Both the position numbers and the translations under genes were made by a program. A stretch of DNA of 64,000 bases from Octopus bimaculoides (taxonomy: Eukaryota), in assembly GCF_001194135.2 (NCBI RefSeq), contig NC_068983.1:109101781-109165780 (forward strand), written 5' to 3'. Below are positions 41,847 through 55,491 of the stretch, one piece after another (the first letter of the stretch is position 1; each line of letters begins with the position of its first letter). The notes below the pieces were generated by a model that saw only the letters and a list, made by a program, of their open reading frames with translations, was not told the DNA's origin and searched no databases.

Positions 41847-44049
41847 CAACTTTTTCATTTAATGTCTGTTATTCTATGTTAGCAAGTCTTTGATGGTAAT
41901 TGATTTTGAGGCAGGATTCTAGGGCTAGATACTTTCCCAGTTATCATTCATCACCCGATTTTCAAGTGAGGTATTTGATAAGGCCTACAGGTTTTCAAAT
42001 GTACAGAGTTATCAGTTATAATATCAACAATGAATAGCTTTGCTGAAATGATGATAATCAAAATAACAGTGAGTGATGTTTCATGGTAATTTATAATGAA
42101 ACTATTCTGTTTTACACTTACACATTTAAATATATTTCTATTGCATTTCATTTTTCAAGTAACCGATTATCTTCTTCATATACCATATAGCTTGTTCATC
42201 AGATGATGTGTTGTACATAACTGAGCCATTGAGCTATATAGTGCATACTGAAATAACTAGCTGAAAGCAAAATGAATTTGTTTTTCCATATAAAAATTTT
42301 AACTTCTCAAACATATATATATATAGGTTACTGGAACTTCTGTAGTTTCTGAGATAATGGAGCAAAATGAATCATATCATTGCAAGCACTTAACACTTTG
42401 GTAGTTGTGTATGTAGGATAAGAAGTTAGTACTGAAAGTTAATAGCATGTCTGAGTAAATGTTGTTTTAACACTCATATTCTGAAAATGTTAAATTAACC
42501 ATATTCTAGTTATGTATCTAATAGGTCTATGAAACAAAGATTTTAAAGCTTTTAAACAATGTGTGTAATCAGTCTGTTTCATTTCCCACTTCAATACAGT
42601 AAACTTCCTAATTAATATCTTTATAGTTTTTATAGCTGATGAACGAAGCCTATAATTGTTGTTTGCGATCAGTCATTAGAGAAGCATTTAAATTTAATGG
42701 TCTTCCAATATTCATCAGATTCATTCTTGAATTTGTTGGCTGTCTTTCATGTGCTAACTTCAGTTGATAATTGAATTGAGTATGCTGGGAGGATATTTGA
42801 AGTTTGGTGCCTTGTTAACATGTGTTTTATTTTGCAAATAATATTAAAGAATGAGTGCTTGTTGGTAAATTTTCAACTTTAACTTTGCTGAAATTTACTT
42901 AACCTGTTAACTTAAAAGTACATGTCATATCTCCATTTCTAATCTGTGGGATTAAAAATGTGAATCAAGTGTCCTATGTTTAACCTCATGCAACAAGTCT
43001 TTTAAAGATGTAATCACTAAAGTATCTTTGTTTTGTGCACTTTCTACAAATATCTGATCCTTGAAGACCTGGAGTCCCAAAACAGTGTCATCAATTCTTA
43101 ACTACCTGATTATTAGTTGTTAATTCTAGGTTTTTTATTAAGAAAATAGTTCACTTAGTAAGGAAATATTATACACATGCATTTTGTTCAAAATGAAATA
43201 CCAGCGAAATATTTGTAAATTTGTGTATTTATAGTAGCTTCTAATAATCTCAGTTTAAAACCAACCATTTATCATTAAACAGTTTGCAAATTAAGTTAGA
43301 AAAAGGAGGAATAAATTTCATAAAAATTCGATCTTGAATCAAGATCTGACATTTTCAATATAGTGTTTTCTTTAAATAATAAAACAAAAATAATTTTCCT
43401 TGGGCAATTACTAAATCATTGGTAATTTATCAGATCATTGTCTAATATGAAAAATATCTCACGTCTAAGAATTCCTTAGATGAACTGATAAAAGATAAAA
43501 TTATGATTATGGACAAAACTATAAAACTTCAATAGCCTAGAAACATAAAGCCTATTTTGAAAAGTTAAAAAACTCCATTAAAGTTGTCAAGATTTGAACT
43601 TCATCATGTAGTTAACACGATTTTTTTCTATGTGAGATTTGAAATGAAAATATTAATTTCTGTCAGATCAAGGAGATAATTAGTGGAAAGCCATTTTACT
43701 TCAATGATAAACTTTTGTATAAGATTACTTCAATTAATATATTTGTGAAATGTTTAAGTTATAAGATTGTATTTCTGCATTTTGAAGATATTGGCTTGGG
43801 AGTAATGCAATATTGTCAATAAGTCATAAATCCAGAGTAAGGTCCAATATTTATAAAATAAAATATATCAACATTTCAATTTTGCATCAGGGAATAATAG
43901 AAATAAAAAATAGTTTCAGAAAAGTTTATTAGATTAGTGAAAGGTTAACATGTTGCATATACCAATATTATGTCTGAAGAAAAATTCAAAATAAATTTGA
44001 ATCGCTCAGAATATTTAAAAATTTTTAATTTTTTCAATTCCTTGATTAT

Positions 44050-46300
44050 ATGCCCCCCAGTCTAATTTTTGTTTTTACATCAGTTGAGAGGAATTCATTT
44101 TCAATGCTGAATAAAGTCAAGTTAGTTCATCACTCTTGCAACATGGAAAGCCTCAAATATGTTTTTACTAATTTCAGCTTTCAAAATAATCTTTTAGAAC
44201 TTGCAAACAAAAATGCAATAGTAAGCAGTAATCTTTATGCGATCCAGACAGAAGTGCAAACTTCAGAGCATCTTTAGGATCAAAAGGAACAGTATTTCCC
44301 CAGATGAAAGGAATATCACAAGGTTAATTATTTCATCATATAACAGAATGGCTGTCACATCATTATCATAATAATTTGTGAATTCTAAACATTCTTTTTT
44401 CAATCTTTCTCTTTCTTGTTCACCCTCAATTACAACTGAATTTGAATTCAGACAAAATGAAAGCTAACCTTTGAGATCTTGAAGGAAAACACTGATTTTC
44501 CATTTCAGTTTTCAATTGGTTCATGATCTCTACCATTAGTTTATTCATTTCTTGCTGTGAAATCACACCAATTGGTATTCCCCATTTTTCCCAATATTCA
44601 TTAGCTGAAAGTATTGCATTCTGAGTAATTTTGTCATTTTTCAAATTCAGAATTTGCATAAGTTTTTTGGGATCACAAGAAGTTTATAAAACCCTATTTT
44701 CAGATCTTCAAATGTTTGCAAACTTTCTCCATTGATGATAAAATTAGGCTAACAAAGATGTAAATAGGAATTGTTGAATAGAATTCGAAAGTGATCCTGC
44801 ATCAAATGTTAGTATCCCTAGAAAATTCTCTTTCCTGCAAGTGTTTGAGGTTTGCATTAACCTCAAAAACTTGTCACCCCGTTTCATAGACTCATTCACA
44901 GAATCAGTGTTGGAACACTATATTGTATGACATTCAGTTTGGGGAATAAATACTTCTTGATGAAGAGCAGATTAAGAAAAGAAGTAAATAGTAAATATAA
45001 CAACTACAAGTTGTACCTCACTCACATGGGAACATGCCACGTTGAAGTTGGGGTTCTCAATTTACAAACACAGCTCTTTGGTTAATTTCAAGAATTTTTT
45101 GCTGAACGACTCTCCTCACTAAGCCATAACTATTGCATTATCATATACTTATCTGTGATAGGCACTGAGGGAAATTTTGTCTTCCAATCTCTCCGATATG
45201 CACCTTTCTTATTGATTTCAAAAAATCTCAGAAATACCTCCTTTATTTCTACTTTTGTATTTTCACCAATATGTACTAAACACAATTTCAGAAAACCGAT
45301 CTTTATGAGCAATATCCAGAGTTGTATCCAGTACTGTGGTAAAATATTTTGCATCCTTAATTTTGGAAATTATATTTCTTTTTGAAAACCTCACTAAGGA
45401 GATTGATTAATCTCTTTTGACTTCTGTATAAGAAGGTGATACTTTTGGTTCCTCTTTCTCTCTTTGCAAGTAATCTGCTAAGATTATATCATGCTGGTCG
45501 TTGCCAACATGTTGCCTGCATTTTTGTTGTCTCTTCTGGCTGAAATAAAATAAATGTTCCTATCCGTGAATGCCCACAAATGGCTCGATTTTGTTTTTCA
45601 TAAAGATGCAACCTCAACAACCCATTCAGTTATAGCTATCCATTTTTTCTTTTCGTTATAAATTTACTTTTGAAGTCAAACTTTGGAGTCATACTGCAAG
45701 GTACAAGTATTCCCTTCAAGTATGCTCTGAGAGAAGGGCTTGTCTTATGGTCAGATATTTGTCGATTCAACTTTCTCCAAGTGAAGAAACCTTCATTGCT
45801 AAAGTTTGACAGTAATGGTTATTACTCTTTTGAATACCAAAAGCAAACAAAGACAGTACAATTTTTCTAGTAAGGAGAGTTTAATAATTAAACCTACTCC
45901 ACAATTTTTCCATTTTCATAACTTACTCAAACTACTGGGAAAAGATTCCCCCCTCCCCATCCTTCCCACCAAATGGACCACTTTTATTTTGATATCTTTC
46001 TTGACCAACTTGTATTATTGTCATTTTCAAGTTATCTGGAACCAATTTCTTCAAATACGCAATATTATTTCGTTGCAAACATGTGATAAAATCTCCTTTA
46101 TATTCTTCAATGAATCATCATCCTTACAAGGAGACTGAGGAGAGACAGTATTATGTTCTTATTCCATATCAGAAGAATCTTTTGCTGCTCCCACATTATC
46201 GTTTACTTCCCCTACATCATTTTCACTACTTTTAGTAGGCATCAAATTCTTCTCTTTTCCCAGATTCTCCTTTATCTCTAGCTCTCTTTTTTCTTGTTGT
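44050..46300 (-). pseudogene. hAT transposase pseudogene (ZnF-TTF / DUF4371 / hAT dimerisation; Tip100- or ZMYM1-like)
   Basis: Minus-strand remnants in order: a TTF zinc finger (LLEKLYCLCLLF-like), HIGENTKVEIKEVFLRFFEI, YDNAIVMA...QQKILEINQRAVFVN, EKWGIP...QQEMNKLMVEIMNQLKTEMEN, and the dimerisation motif LLLTIAFLFASSKRLF*KLKLVKTYLRLSMLQE**TNLTLFSIE. TIRs not located. Confidence 0.85.
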
Positions 46301-47891
46301 GTGCTCCATTCAGTAGCACTTTATTCATCTGGAGTACAAGTATAACAAATTGCTCAGCTCTTTGTACAGACAATAATATAGACAGTAGATATACTAAACA
46401 TAAAAAAGGAGAAACCACAGGCATAACCTATAATACTACTACTACATTATTCTCTATATTTGTACGTACATACCTTTAGGCATGTATTATATGAGTTCTC
46501 TAATGTTACTCAGCCTAACATAACCCTCTGAGACATTTTACAGTTATCCTTACTGTACAATTGACTTAGAATACATTGTGAAAATCCACTTACATTACAC
46601 AAACGTGATTTGACTGATTTCCCAGAACTAATTATATTTGTTAGGGTAATAGACTGTCTGTGTATATTTAAAGGGTTATATAAGCAAAGCAAGAAAGCCT
46701 TAATGTTATTGCTGGACGTTTGTGATATGTCAAATACACTACGTGAGTCTAAGTGAACTCTACAATGCTCATAAATTTATCACTACTTATATTATCTTAA
46801 TCAGTATTACACACAGTATTTACATGTAAAGGTCCCCTATTATGGTCTCACTTATTAAAACATGTATCCACATCCACATTATTGTGTGCGACTGTATGGC
46901 AATTTCTACAATAAAACAGAATGAAAATTTTTTTTTGAAAAATTAGTTTTAATTTCACTATTTGATTGGATGTTCCTCCATTCTGAAATGAATATTCATG
47001 ACTCCTGTCTGCCCCATTCTCTATGCACCACTGTTTATTTACAAGCTCTCTCACAAAGAACATTTGAAAAATTAAATCTAGCAAATAATAGTGGTTTATA
47101 TATTATAGATTGCACCTTTTTCTCCAACAAAATTCAACACTTTAAAGAAACCATATACAGGCTAGTTGTAGAAATGAATATAAGTAGTTGTATAACTATA
47201 GTTGTATAGTTACAAGAAAAATGTTACACTTATTATGAAGAGTCAAAACGTTTTAGTTGAAAATGAAAAACCAATGAAGTGAAGACTAACTGATAGATAA
47301 GGAACTGAATTACAATAAGTGAAATTTTCTGAAATACTGGCATTGTCAAATGTGACAAAAAATGTTTACAGTGTATACATTGTTAAAAAAATTCTAATAA
47401 ATGTTTTATATTGTCTATATATAAATTTTACTTTGAGCTTCTAACAATATTAATTTTTGCTGTTAATTCTCAAGGTGGTGCTCCAGCATGGCCACAGTCA
47501 ACTGACTGAAACAAGTAAAAGAATAAAAGAATATCTAATGAAGTATTGACAAACAAACAAGCAGGAGACATCTGGTTGTAAAACAAGAGAATGATACATT
47601 TTATGCAAAGTAGAAAATGTTTGTGCGAATATGGAAATAACTGATGCTGGTTAAATAATATCAAAATACATACTCCTTCAAACACTTACACACACATGCA
47701 TGCACGCATGCAGACACGCACACACAAACACACACACACATTTTAAACTTAATCCATAATAAATTCCAATCTACTGGAAGAGGTATCTATAGCATTGGCA
47801 GTATATTAACCTTCAACAGTATCACTGGGTATCAAGCTGATGATTCTGATCTGAATCTAAAACATACAGAAACCAAACAATTCAATGCTAC

Positions 47892-47930
<39 letters not shown>

Positions 47931-48447
47931 AAAAGTGCCACACCCTAACAGTTGAGGGAACCCGTGGAAGAGGTAGGCCCAGGAAGACCTGGGCTGAGGT
48001 GGTGAGGCAAGACCTTCGTACATTGGGCCTCACCGAGGCGATGACTACGGACCGAGACCTTTGGAAATGGGCTGTGCATGAGAAGACCCGGCAAGCCAAG
48101 TAAGATCGTTGCCAGTGCCCCTGGACNNNNNNNNNNNNNNNNNNNNNNNNNNNNNNNNNNNNNNNNNNNNNNNNNNNNNNNNNNNNNNNNNNNNNNNNNN
48201 NNNNNNNNNNNGCTTGTGCGGGTGGCACATAAAAGACACCATTTCGAGCGTGGCCGTTTTCGTGCGGGTGACACGTAAAAGCACCCACTACACTCTCTGA
48301 GTGGTTGGCGTTAGGAAGGGCATCCAGCTGTAGAAACTCTGCCAAATCAGACTGGAGCCTGGTGTTGCCATCCGGTTTCACCAGTCCTCAGTCAAATCGT
48401 CCAACCCATGCTAGCATGGAAAGCGGACGTTAAACGATGATGATGAT
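47931..48447 (+). mobile_element. Young RTE LINE 3' end (ORF C-terminus, 3' UTR, (GAT)n tail), interrupted by a gap
   Basis: KKCHTLTVEGTRGRGRPRKTWAEVVRQDLRTLGLTEAMTTDRDLWKWAV is open to its stop, CpGs are retained, and the tail reads GATGATGATGAT. Confidence 0.92.
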
Positions 48448-48505
48448 ACTAGCTAAAATACCCAGTAATTCCTGGGAAAGCAGGGCCTATCCCTTGGTTT
48501 TGTTC

Positions 48506-49330
48506 TCATGATTGTTTCGCTAATCCAATAACAACAATACAAAGTATGTAACCCTTAAAATGGCTTTTGTGCATTTACAGAGACTACCAAACTGTCTTAC
48601 ACAGGATTTTGTTTTTAGGAATTCCCAAAGAATTATGAATACCCAAATTGTGAAGTCAGCTATGTAATAACATGAAATTAGTTAACCAATAGTAAGAATT
48701 CAAATAAAGTAACCCCCAAAAAGGCTTTAATGCATTCCCAGAGTATATAGAATTTAGGAGGAAATACTAATAAGGTATGTATACTAAAATCGTGAAGTAT
48801 GTTACGTAATAACAGGCTAATCAGTCATGAGATAATAACAATTCAAAGTAAATAACTCTGAAAAGGGCATTTGTGCATTCCCAGAGAATATTACCCTCAG
48901 TGGCACTAGTGTTGGTATATTCATGAGTAAGTCACTAACTGAAATAAGTGGATCCGTTGTTTAGAAAAAATACTATTTACTTGTTTAAGGGTTGTACTGG
49001 ATAAATTGCGAAAATAGCTCTAACATTTCAAATACTAAGAAATAAGCATGCTCAATTTGATTTATACCAAATGATTTAGGAAAATGACTGGATTATTCTG
49101 GGTGAATAGGTTATTTCCATTGGATGCTAAAGTGAAATATATTATATATATATATGAGGGGCCCTATTATCGATTTTTTTAAACAATCTGAGTATGCCAT
49201 AGGGTTTCCAGACATGAGTTCTTCTAATGTGTCAAGTTTCATCAAAATCGATAAAAACGATGTAGATGGAGTTAGCTAACAACTACACAAACACACCTAC
49301 AGACAGAATTTTCTACATATGCAGTAGATA
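48506..49330 (+). repeat. Dispersed repeat (longer copy of 28150-28827) with a Helentron/HINE-like right end
   Basis: Inverted match to 28150-28827. The extra part 49196-49330 has CAAGTTTCATCAAAATCG...ACAAACACACCTACAGACAGAATTTT, reminiscent of DINE-1/HINE termini (inference). Confidence 0.8.
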
Positions 49331-50319
49331 TACACACACACACACACAAACATCTATATGTATACATACATACATACATACATACATTCATACATATATA
49401 TATTATTTCAACCACTGTTTCTTATGACACAGGCAGGCTTATTGAACAGTGTAGCTGTAGCATTTAGTGGTTTTTAAAAACTCTATTAATCACAAAACTC
49501 TCATTCTAGCATGAGGAAATGCAAGAAAAGTTTGGACGGTATTAATCATCATATTTGATCAATGTCAGTAATCCTGATTGGAATTATATCTTCCATCTGA
49601 TAAAATTACACTTTCCTCCTGGATAAAAATTTAGAAAAATTTTCAATACAGTACAGTTTATTTACGCATTATCAGCCATTAATAATAAAATAAAACAATG
49701 AATAATTCAAATTCCCAGGACCCAAATAACATTAATGCTTGAAACGTGTATGTCCAGTCAAAAATAATTCTAAAGAGATATCTGTTATCTAAGCAGCTCA
49801 GTCATATCTAACATTAATGAGAATTGCATTCATTACATTGAATGAACAAGAAATCAATTCAAGATTAGATATCCTCATTATAATTATACCTATAGAATAT
49901 TATGAGAAGGATTCCAGATTTGCATACCACCACATATTTAGTTAATAATCTGCAATATTTGATTGTACCCTTCAAACAAAGTAATACTTCATACATAATC
50001 AAATTCATTTCGTAGTTAAGATATTTTGAGAATCTTAACATTTTAAAACCTTGTTTTATTGAATAAGCATTATTTCGTTGAACAAGCATACCATGCTAAT
50101 ACACATAAGTATAACTACTACCTTAGATAATATAATGGTACTCCACTAATTGTGAAATTAAACACATTTCCCTTGTATTTGTAAAACAAGCTTTTAAATA
50201 TCAGTACTCAATACAACCCCTTAAAAAATGCTTTTTACTTTTCAAAATAATTTCATATAAATATATATACAGAAAATGCTTTTCTGCAGTGGTACATGCA
50301 TATATCATCATCAACAGCA

Positions 50320-50530
50320 ACATCGTCATTTAACTTCTACTCTCCATGTCAACATGGGCTGGATTGTTTAGCAAGATCTGGTAATCCACAAGGCAGCATC
50401 AGGCTCTAATGTCAATTTTGGCACGGTTTCTATGGCTAGATGGCCCTTACTAATGCCAGCCACTTTACAAAGTAGACTGGGTGCTTTTCTTCATACCACT
50501 GGCACAAGTGAGGTTGCTAAGTAACTCGTA
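50320..50530 (-). mobile_element. Older RTE 3' tail fragment
   Basis: CATCGTCATTTAAC...TCCATGTCAACATGGG...GATGGCCCTTACTAATGCCAGCCACTTTACA is a diverged reverse complement of the RTE tail. Confidence 0.65.
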
Positions 50531-50812
50531 AAATGAAAAAAAGAATAAAGGGCGGAAAAGGAAAAAAGCTTCTCCACAAATCCTATACAAGAACAGTGAC
50601 CATCCCTAAAAGAGCAGTCAATAATAACTAGCTTTTGAAAAATGAAAATATTATGATTGGATTATAAACATTGTTTACAAAAAGAAAATAAATTACAAGA
50701 TTTTAATATATATAGATGGAATCAAAGACTTTACCGTTCTTTACCTGAAGAATCATTTAACAACACAGCTTGAAGTTGTAATGAGGTTATGCAGCTATTA
50801 ATTAAATACATA

Positions 50813-51032
50813 CCAGGGTGTGCTGAAATGTTCCTGGCTTTAAGGGTATCACGAAAGGCCTGGTTAGAGGCCCAACCTTCTGAGTTCTTTTACAGGGCTT
50901 AGAAAAACTCTGAAGGACTGCTGCAATAAGTGTGTGAATCCTAGAGGGGAATACGTTAGATAAAATCATAAAATAACTGATCCCCCTGTATTTTCTTTTA
51001 CCCAAAGTCAGAAACTTTTCAGCACACCCTCG
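50813..51032. mobile_element. 220-bp mariner-derived MITE
   Basis: ~29-bp TIRs (CCAGGGTGTGCTGAAATGTTCCTGGCTTT / AAAGTCAGAAACTTTTCAGCACACCCTCG) with TA on both sides. Confidence 0.8.
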
Positions 51033-51849
51033 TATGTGCACGTATGTGTGTGCATATGCATACACACATTCAATTTGTAGCAAAATCGCTAAAAAGAGTA
51101 CAATGAACTTGCTATTAGGAGTTGAAAAATCCAACATTTCAGACACTGTCCTTCATCAGAGAAAGTTGAAAAGAGAAAAATAAATGAGGCAGAAGGGTTT
51201 TGCATGCTCTAAGTTTAAAAAGGAAAAACTAGTTGCAGGCTGTCTTTTTTTTTTTTTTTAAACATAGAGGATGTAAAACTGTGCTATCTCTCATATATTT
51301 CTCTCCTTTCAAATTTTTCCTGAGACAGAACACTGCTTGAAATGTCAGACTTTCAACTCTCCATGCCAAGTTCACTAGACACTTTTTATTGATTTTACTA
51401 AAGCAGACCTACATCAGCCTCTTTGGAGTCTGTTTGATCATATGTATATAGATATTTATATGTGTGTATGTGTGTGTGTGTGTGTGTGTGTGTCGTTCAA
51501 ATTTACAGAAAACAAAAGATGAAGACAGGTGAGGGAACAAGCAGGTGTATTAGTTTTACACTCAGGAAGAATGGAAAAGTATTTTACGTTTCAATCCAAT
51601 GCTCTTCGACAGAAAGGGTTGAGAGGAGAAAATGGAGAGAGAATGTAAAAAAAAAACGGTGGGAGAAAAAAATGTGAAAGGATGAAATGACCAAAAGAAA
51701 GAGGCTGAATAAAAGTGAGACAATAATGGTGAGCTGGCTGAACTACGGTGCACAAACAGATCTGTGTATGTAAGAATGGTGTGAGTGTGTATATGTGAAT
51801 GGGGGTGAGCACTTGTGAATGTATGTGTGGACAAACTTAAAATTATGTG

Positions 51850-52250
51850 AGCCTGTGTGTGCATATGGAGGTGTGTGTGTATGTGCATAAGTAACCTAGT
51901 GCATGCTTTGCTTGGAGTGATATGCATTTCATGTATTTGTGTGTGTACGTGTGTGTGCATGTGTGTGAGGCAGCGTGACGTGTGTATATGTGTGTGTGTG
52001 TGTTTGTTAGTGTATGAAGTGTGTGTGTGTGTGTGCGTGTGGGGGGTGCGTGTGGGTGTGTGTGAGTGTGTGTATGTGTGTGAGACCCTATAGTGTGCGT
52101 GTGTGTTGTGTATGTTTATGTACAAAAGTTGTATGTGTTTATATGTGTTGTGTGTGTGTGTGTGTATTGTCTGTGTCCAGGCGTGTTGTGTGCTTGTGCA
52201 TTGTGTGAGAATTTTAGGAATGAATACTATGTGTTGTGGGGGAATGCATG
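51850..52250. repeat. Long degenerate (GT)n compound microsatellite
   Basis: Directly visible. It generates the spurious CV/HT-rich ORFs in the track. Confidence 0.9.
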
Positions 52251-53027
52251 GAGGCATGAGGTGGAATAGGTGTGACAAGAGTTAGGGGTTTGGAGGCATT
52301 GGGTGCTAGTGTGTGTATAGTGGGAAGGTGTGTGTGAATGTATGTGCATCCTTTAAATACTTCATTTACAATTGTTTCGTCATTGTTAAATTATATAAAC
52401 TTGCATAAAGTAACTATATCAGCAACTATTGATTAATTTTCATGTGCTGTGTGGAATTTATTTTACAACACATATTGTACCATGATATCTCAAAATTCCA
52501 TGAAAGTTTATATGGTGATTAATTCTGAAAACTTCAAAATATATGCATACCAAAGTGGATGGGTCTGCATGATCATATTTATGTAAAAAAAATAAAACAA
52601 ATGAAAACAAGGAAGCAAGTGGATTAAGGAGGAGTCAGTAGGATTTGTTAAGATATTTATCTTCCCTCTTTGTTAACAGTTTTCCTCATCACTATAAAAG
52701 AATGTCCAGCTGTGCCATCTACTATAAATCAGATGTTAAAATGTCAAGGGTCTGATAGTTTTGAATCCAAATGCTTTAGCGTTCCTTTCTTTCAAACTAA
52801 AATCAGACTCATTGTCTCCACTTTAAGCCACATACGTATTACACATATTTGTTGAATTATCTATCTCTCTGTTTCTACATACGTATATATGTATATGTAT
52901 ACAAATCCATACACGCACACATGTATGTCCTCAAACAAGCGCATATTAACTGCTACACACAACTGGAACTCAATAGAGCGCTAACATGGTATCCACCTAG
53001 ATAATATATCCATTCAAACTGACTTTC

Positions 53028-53095
<68 letters not shown>

Positions 53096-53187
53096 AAACA
53101 TATATATTAATAATGCAGTTACATATTTTTTACGCATGCTCAACCACTGATATTATTATAAATAATAATATCCTCATATATATTTAG

Positions 53188-53229
<42 letters not shown>

Positions 53230-53637
53230 ATATATGTATGTGTGTTTATATATGTGTATATATGTGTGTGTATGTGTGTTTATATATGTGTGTGTATATA
53301 TATGTATATGTATGTATATATATATGTATATATATATGTATATACATATGTAACTATATATATAACTATATATATATATATNNNNNNNNNNNNNNNNNNN
53401 NNNNNNNNNNNNNNNNNNNNNNNNNNNNNNNNNNNNNNNNNNNNNNNNNNNNNNNNNNNNNNNNNNNNNNNNNNNNNNNNNNNNNNNNNNNNNNNNNNNN
53501 NNNNNNNNNNNTATATATATGAAAAATATATATACACATGTAAATATAATGATAATAAAATGACAACAAAAGAATGAAACCTCAATATTAGGTAAATAGA
53601 GCAACTTATATATGTATAGTATAGGACAATCTGTAAG

Positions 53638-53712
53638 TTGTCATAATAGGGCTCAAAGTTTCAAATGCCGGAGCTAAGAGCTACAAAGCATTTTCATCAG
53701 CCATTTTGACAA
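53638..53712 (-). ncRNA. Type I hammerhead ribozyme motif, predicted inactivated (GCC instead of GUC)
   Basis: Minus strand: stem I UUGUCAAAAUGG/CUAUUAUGACAA; CUGAUGA (53700-53694); stem II AAAUGC/GCAUUU; GAAA (53662-53659); CUUUGAGC-C. U16.1 is replaced by C. Confidence 0.75.
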
Positions 53713-53971
53713 TAGACACCGTGAAAAACCGTTTAATAAAAGGGAAGTTGCTCTAATAGACAGGAAAAGTTATAAAAGATGAAAAATAAACAATAGATAT
53801 TATAAAAAATACATGCAAATATATTCTCACACAACCATATTTTATACGTTTTGTGAGAATATGACTGCATGTATTTTTTATAATTTTAATTTTTTATTTT
53901 TTATCTTTTATAATTTTTCCTGTCAAATAGAGTAACTTCCCTTTTATTCAATGGATTTTTCATAGCGCCTC

Positions 53972-54046
53972 TTGTCAAAATGACTGATGAAAATGTATCA
54001 TAGCTCTTCGTCCCGGCATTTGAAACTCTGAGTCTTATTATGACAG
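53972..54046 (+). ncRNA. Type I hammerhead ribozyme motif (GUC triplet, predicted cleavage after 54034)
   Basis: Stem I UUGUCAAAAUGA/UUAUUAUGACAG (11 of 12 paired); CUGAUGA 53984-90; stem II AAAUG/CAUUU plus U.G; GAAA 54022-25; self-complementary stem III ACUCUGAGU; C17 at 54034. Confidence 0.85.
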
Positions 54047-54574
54047 CTTACAAATTGTCCAATGCTATACATATATAAATTCCTCTATTTACCTAATATC
54101 GAGGTCTCATTCTTTTGTTTTTGTTTAATTATTATTCTTAATATATTTANNNNNNNNNNNNNNNNNNNNNNNNNNNNNNNNNNNNNNNNNNNNNNNNNNN
54201 NNNNNNNNNNNNNNNNNNNNNNNNNNNNNNNNNNNNNNNNNNNNNNNNNNNNNNNNNNNNNNNNNNNNNNNNNNNNNNNNNNNNNNNNNNNNNNNNNNNN
54301 NNNNNNNNNNNNNNNNNNNNNNNNNNNNNNNNNNNNNNNNNNNNNNNNNNNNNNNNNNNNNNNNNNNNNNNNNNNNNNNNNNNNNNNNNNNNNNNNNNNN
54401 NNNNNNNNNNNNNNNNNNNNNNNNNNNNNNNNNNNNNNNNNNNNNNNNNNNNNNNNNNNNNNNNNNNNNNNNNNNNNNNNNNNNNNNNNNNNNNNNNNNN
54501 NNNNNNNNNNNNNNNNNNNNNNNNNNNNNNNNNNNNNNNNNNNNNNNNNNNNNNNNNNNNNNNNNNNNNNNNNN

Positions 54575-54790
54575 TATACATTTAATAGGTTTCCCATTTT
54601 GGGGTTTGTAGGACTATTGGTAAGTTTGATTGTATAATTTGAAACATGTTGGTAACTCCAGTGTCGTGTGTATTTATGAATGGGATGATATTTTCTTTGT
54701 TTTTTTGTGGAGTTCTGAGTTATGTGATGTCCAGTTTCATTGCTCTTGAGATTTTGTTTTCTATTAATTTGAGTAACCATCTGGTCTTGC
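54575..54790 (-). mobile_element. Penelope-like element ORF remnant (RT thumb to GIY-YIG linker)
   Basis: Minus-strand KLIENKISRAMKLDIT*LRTPQKNKENIIPFINTHDTGVTNMFQIIQSNLPIVLQTPK resembles the PLE linker motif (LR.PK....IIPF..T.NP....F.II..NLPIL). It runs into the N-gap. Confidence 0.65.
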
Positions 54791-55449
54791 CATTTTCATA
54801 GACCAAGAATCAACTTGTCATCTTGTATTGAAAGAACTGACCAACTGTATAGATATAAACACATTTTTTTCTTCCTTCCTTTCTTTCCTTCTCTTTTCCA
54901 CTGACATAAAAAAAAACACTTTTTTTTCACTTTGAAAACATTTTTCTTTCAAACCTCCTCTGAGCTGGCTGAACTAAAGTAAGCATCTGTTCTAGGCACC
55001 TACATAAAAATATATATTCCCTTTCTTTATCTCTTGTCCAAAACACTTCTTTCAGATACATAGGCATACACACACACACAAACACACACACTCTCTCACA
55101 CTTTCTCCCTCCACTATCTCCCATTCCTCTTCTTCTTTTCCTCCACATTACTCTTCTTTCCCCCTCTCTCTCTCTCCACCCAAACCCATTCACTAATACT
55201 ATAAAAGGTGACAAATCCCTTCACACAAATTAAATCTGAAGAATCTATTAGAGTAGATGAAAATATGTGATTTGTAAAAACACATGACATGTTAATAAAT
55301 ATTTGTACATGTACAACCATCCAGATCTCTGAATACCTTATTTTTTCTTAATATATAATATCTGTGCATCACCTCCAAACCTATATATGTATGTATATAT
55401 ATATGTGTGTGTGTGTGTGCGTGTGTGTGTGCGTGTGTGTGTGTATATA

Positions 55450-55491
<42 letters not shown>

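Larger units (their letters stand above)
53541..54149. mobile_element. ~610-bp imperfect palindrome made of two head-to-head hammerhead-bearing (Penelope pLTR/retrozyme-like) arms
   Basis: 53541-53831 is the reverse complement of 53852-54149, roughly 80-85% identical by eye, with a ~20-nt loop. Each arm, read outward, gives a U-rich tract followed by a type I HHR. Confidence 0.88.
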
